DNA of 54,124 nt from a virus. Lineage: Duplodnaviria; Caudoviricetes. Below the pieces are notes generated by a model. It saw only the letters and a list, made by a program, of their open reading frames with translations. It was not told the origin of the DNA and ran no database searches. The stretch is taken from positions 1 to 54,124 of IMG/VR virus record IMGVR_UViG_3300037421_000099; one strand, given 5' to 3'. A program made the translations under genes and the position numbers. Positions within the stretch are counted from its first letter, which is position 1. Each line of letters starts with the position of its first letter. This document shows positions 52,138 to 54,124 of the stretch, piece by piece.

Positions 52138-52833
52138 TCAGCCGTACGGCCATTCGGTGACATCGAGTGACGCGTGCCCGATCGAATCGACGTTGGTGCC
52201 CTGCAGGAGAACCCCGAAGCACACGTTGTTTCCGATGGTGAACGGGACCTTTGTTTTTGTCGTTGGACTCGCAGAAACCTTGCCTGCGAACGACCACGCG
52301 TAGGCTGCGTTGCCGCCGCCCGCTTGCTGCGCAGTGACGGTTGTGCCGGTAGTGCTGTTCGATCCGTAGGTGGCCGTAGGGGTATTGAGGGGCGTTCCGT
52401 CGAACGTGAGACCGGTTCCACCCGCAGCATCGGCTCCGAGAACGCCGCTCGACGGGTTGCTTGCGTTCGCGCCGGATATACCGGCAGCGGTAAAGCTTCC
52501 TCCAGGGCCGATGACGCCAGCTCCAGAGGACTGCAAACCCACGAGCTGCACCAGGACGATGTCTCCGCTCGTGTTGCTGTTGAATCCGATGGATAGCTTG
52601 ACCTCAAAGATTCCCGTCTGCGTCGCCTTCAACGCAGCCGCGAGAACGCAAGTGAGAGCAGGCGCTGTCTGCGCACTGGGGAGTGGCTGACGAGTGGTCG
52701 AGCTGCCGGCTCGGCCGGCGTAGCTCACCCAGTTGCCCAGGGCCGTGACCAGTGGCGAAGCTTGGCCCTGTACGAGCTGAAGCCGTGCAGAAAGTTTGGC
52801 GATGTCCGCTTTCAGTTCGCTGTACGAGTTCAT
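52138..52833 (-). CDS. putative spike/penton-like virion protein
   Basis: N-terminal coiled coil, then beta-rich Gly/Thr body; same layout as 20349-21530. Confidence 0.55.
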   Translation of the reverse strand: MNSYSELKADIAKLSARLQLVQGQASPLVTALGNWVSYAGRAGSSTTRQPLPSAQTAPALTCVLAAALKATQTGIFEVKLSIGFNSNTSGDIVLVQLVGLQSSGAGVIGPGGSFTAAGISGANASNPSSGVLGADAAGGTGLTFDGTPLNTPTATYGSNSTTGTTVTAQQAGGGNAAYAWSFAGKVSASPTTKTKVPFTIGNNVCFGVLLQGTNVDSIGHASLDVTEWPYG

Positions 52834-52840
52834 GGGCTCC

Positions 52841-53431
52841 TCAACGCTTTCGCTTGTGCCGTCGCCAGAGAGCGTACCCCACGACGCCGCCGGCAACGAC
52901 GACGGCGCCGCCCACGATCCACGGTGTCAGGTTGGTCGGCTGAGAGGGGGTGACGACGACAGGCGGACTTCCGCCTCCACCCCCACCTCCGCCGCCTCCT
53001 CCTCCACTGCCGTAAGTGCACGCGGCGGGCACGGTCGCAAGCGACCCGTTCATCCCGCCGAGCGCGTTGGCGAGCGCGCTCGCGCAGTCCTGATCGTAGC
53101 GCCCGTTGTACGCGAGCGTCGGCAGACCCGATGCGCCTGGGTCTTCTGCGTTCCACGCCACCTTGAACGCGTGGACGGACACGTTGACGTCCGATCCGTT
53201 GACGCTGACGTTCGTGCAGTAATTTGAATCGGCGTCGATCGCGTTGGCTGCAACCTGCGCAGCATCTTGAAGACTTGCCGTGTCCCCCAGACCCGCTACC
53301 GGCGCGCGAAGCGTCTTGCCGTTCGACTGGACGTACCAGTGTCTCCCGAGCTTGAGCGGAACGTTCCCGAGACCCGCGCGCGCGATCGGGGCCGGAACCT
53401 CGCCGAGTCCAATCTCTTTCCACGCGTTCAT
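52841..53431 (-). CDS. membrane-anchored protein with GLG motifs and peptidoglycan-binding-like domain
   Basis: Three GLG motifs; VHAFK...NGRYD...AL; poly-Gly; C-terminal TM and RRHKRKR. Confidence 0.65.
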   Translation of the reverse strand: MNAWKEIGLGEVPAPIARAGLGNVPLKLGRHWYVQSNGKTLRAPVAGLGDTASLQDAAQVAANAIDADSNYCTNVSVNGSDVNVSVHAFKVAWNAEDPGASGLPTLAYNGRYDQDCASALANALGGMNGSLATVPAACTYGSGGGGGGGGGGGGSPPVVVTPSQPTNLTPWIVGGAVVVAGGVVGYALWRRHKRKR

Positions 53432-53622
53432 CAGGTCCTCTTCTTCTTCTTGCTGCTCACGACTGCGTAAGTGACGGCGGCTCCCACGAGCCCAGCTCCG
53501 AAAGCGATCGCAGCGACCGCTTTGCCTTCGATCCACACGCCCGGAGGCAGGGTCGTCGCTGGCGCCGTCGGAGGTGACTGTTGAGGCGCGGTTGGGGTGG
53601 GAATCACGTAGCTCAGGCTCAT
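53431..53622 (-). CDS. small membrane protein
   Basis: Pro-rich N-terminus, TM, SKKKKRT. Confidence 0.6.
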   Translation of the reverse strand: MSLSYVIPTPTAPQQSPPTAPATTLPPGVWIEGKAVAAIAFGAGLVGAAVTYAVVSSKKKKRT

Positions 53623-54124
53623 CGTCCACCTCCGACCTGCGGAGGTCCGCCGCCCACGTCCGTCACACCCAAGACTTCGACGTCGAGCGCCATGGCTATA
53701 CGCCATGGAAGAGCCGCGGTCCCGTAGGCAGCGATGAAGCGCCACTCTTGCGGGAGAGCACCCGGATCAGTCGGAGCCGTGATCGTGACGCCTGCGCTCT
53801 GCGCTATGCTCGCCCACCCAGCGAGAAACCCGGGCCCCTCCACAAGCAGATTGAGTGGAGGTAGACCCTGGCTCGCTCCCCAGGGGAAACGTCTGTCGCT
53901 GAAATTGGTGAAGCCACCGATCGCCTGGCCCCAGGGCCGACCTTGATTCGGAGCCGTGTACGCGCCCAGGTTCACGTAGTTGCCACCCGCGCCTACCGCG
54001 ATCGTCTCGTACAGAAGAGCGGGCGTGTCGCTGATCCGGAACGCAAGGTTCTCGATTCCCGCCGCCGCTTGAACCGGCTGCTGATCGCCGAGAATCGTGT
54101 CGTAGAGATTCGGCGGCACGAGGG
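53619..54124 (-). CDS. putative virion protein, 5' end outside window
   Basis: Frame open to the window edge; beta-rich; coupled to downstream membrane genes. Confidence 0.55.
   Translation of the reverse strand, partial: LVPPNLYDTILGDQQPVQAAAGIENLAFRISDTPALLYETIAVGAGGNYVNLGAYTAPNQGRPWGQAIGGFTNFSDRRFPWGASQGLPPLNLLVEGPGFLAGWASIAQSAGVTITAPTDPGALPQEWRFIAAYGTAALPWRIAMALDVEVLGVTDVGGGPPQVGGGR

Noticed and set aside
1-54124. tRNA/rRNA genes, and the many long antisense ORFs in the track
   Set aside because: No cloverleaf or rRNA signature was noticed by eye; antisense ORFs are expected from high GC and overlap better-supported genes.

Overview
A GC-rich, gene-dense 54 kb segment of a bacterial virus or phage-plasmid. 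Lipoprotein styles suggest a Myxococcota (Polyangiales-like) host, which is inference. Left arm (1-5 kb, minus): Sak4-like AAA ATPase, a circularly permuted Cas4-like PD-(D/E)XK nuclease, GIY-YIG, ParB-like protein and DEDDh exonuclease. A divergent promoter/RHH switch sits at about 5.05 kb. A plus-strand operon follows with an SF2 helicase, glyco-modification genes and VRR-NUC. Next come two HNH genes and a TOPRIM primase-helicase that carries an internal octamer iteron array and is preceded by a structured RNA leader. A virion/lysis region holds many small membrane proteins, a membrane-anchored transglycosylase, a DUF1906 hydrolase, a holin, a 16-repeat protein and a DUF4038 hydrolase. Further glycosyltransferase, methyltransferase and hydroxylase genes follow. 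An early-type array (UvrD, DUF3560-methyltransferase) shares a conserved RBS spacer, and intergenic stem-loops carry its antisense. A tyrosine recombinase has a dif-like site just upstream. The right end has GroES, KGG and more membrane/spike genes. I saw no terminase, portal, tail tube or tape-measure gene, and no tRNA, rRNA or CRISPR array; the virion genes suggest a tailless, membrane-containing virus. All family calls come from motif recognition by eye, not database searches.
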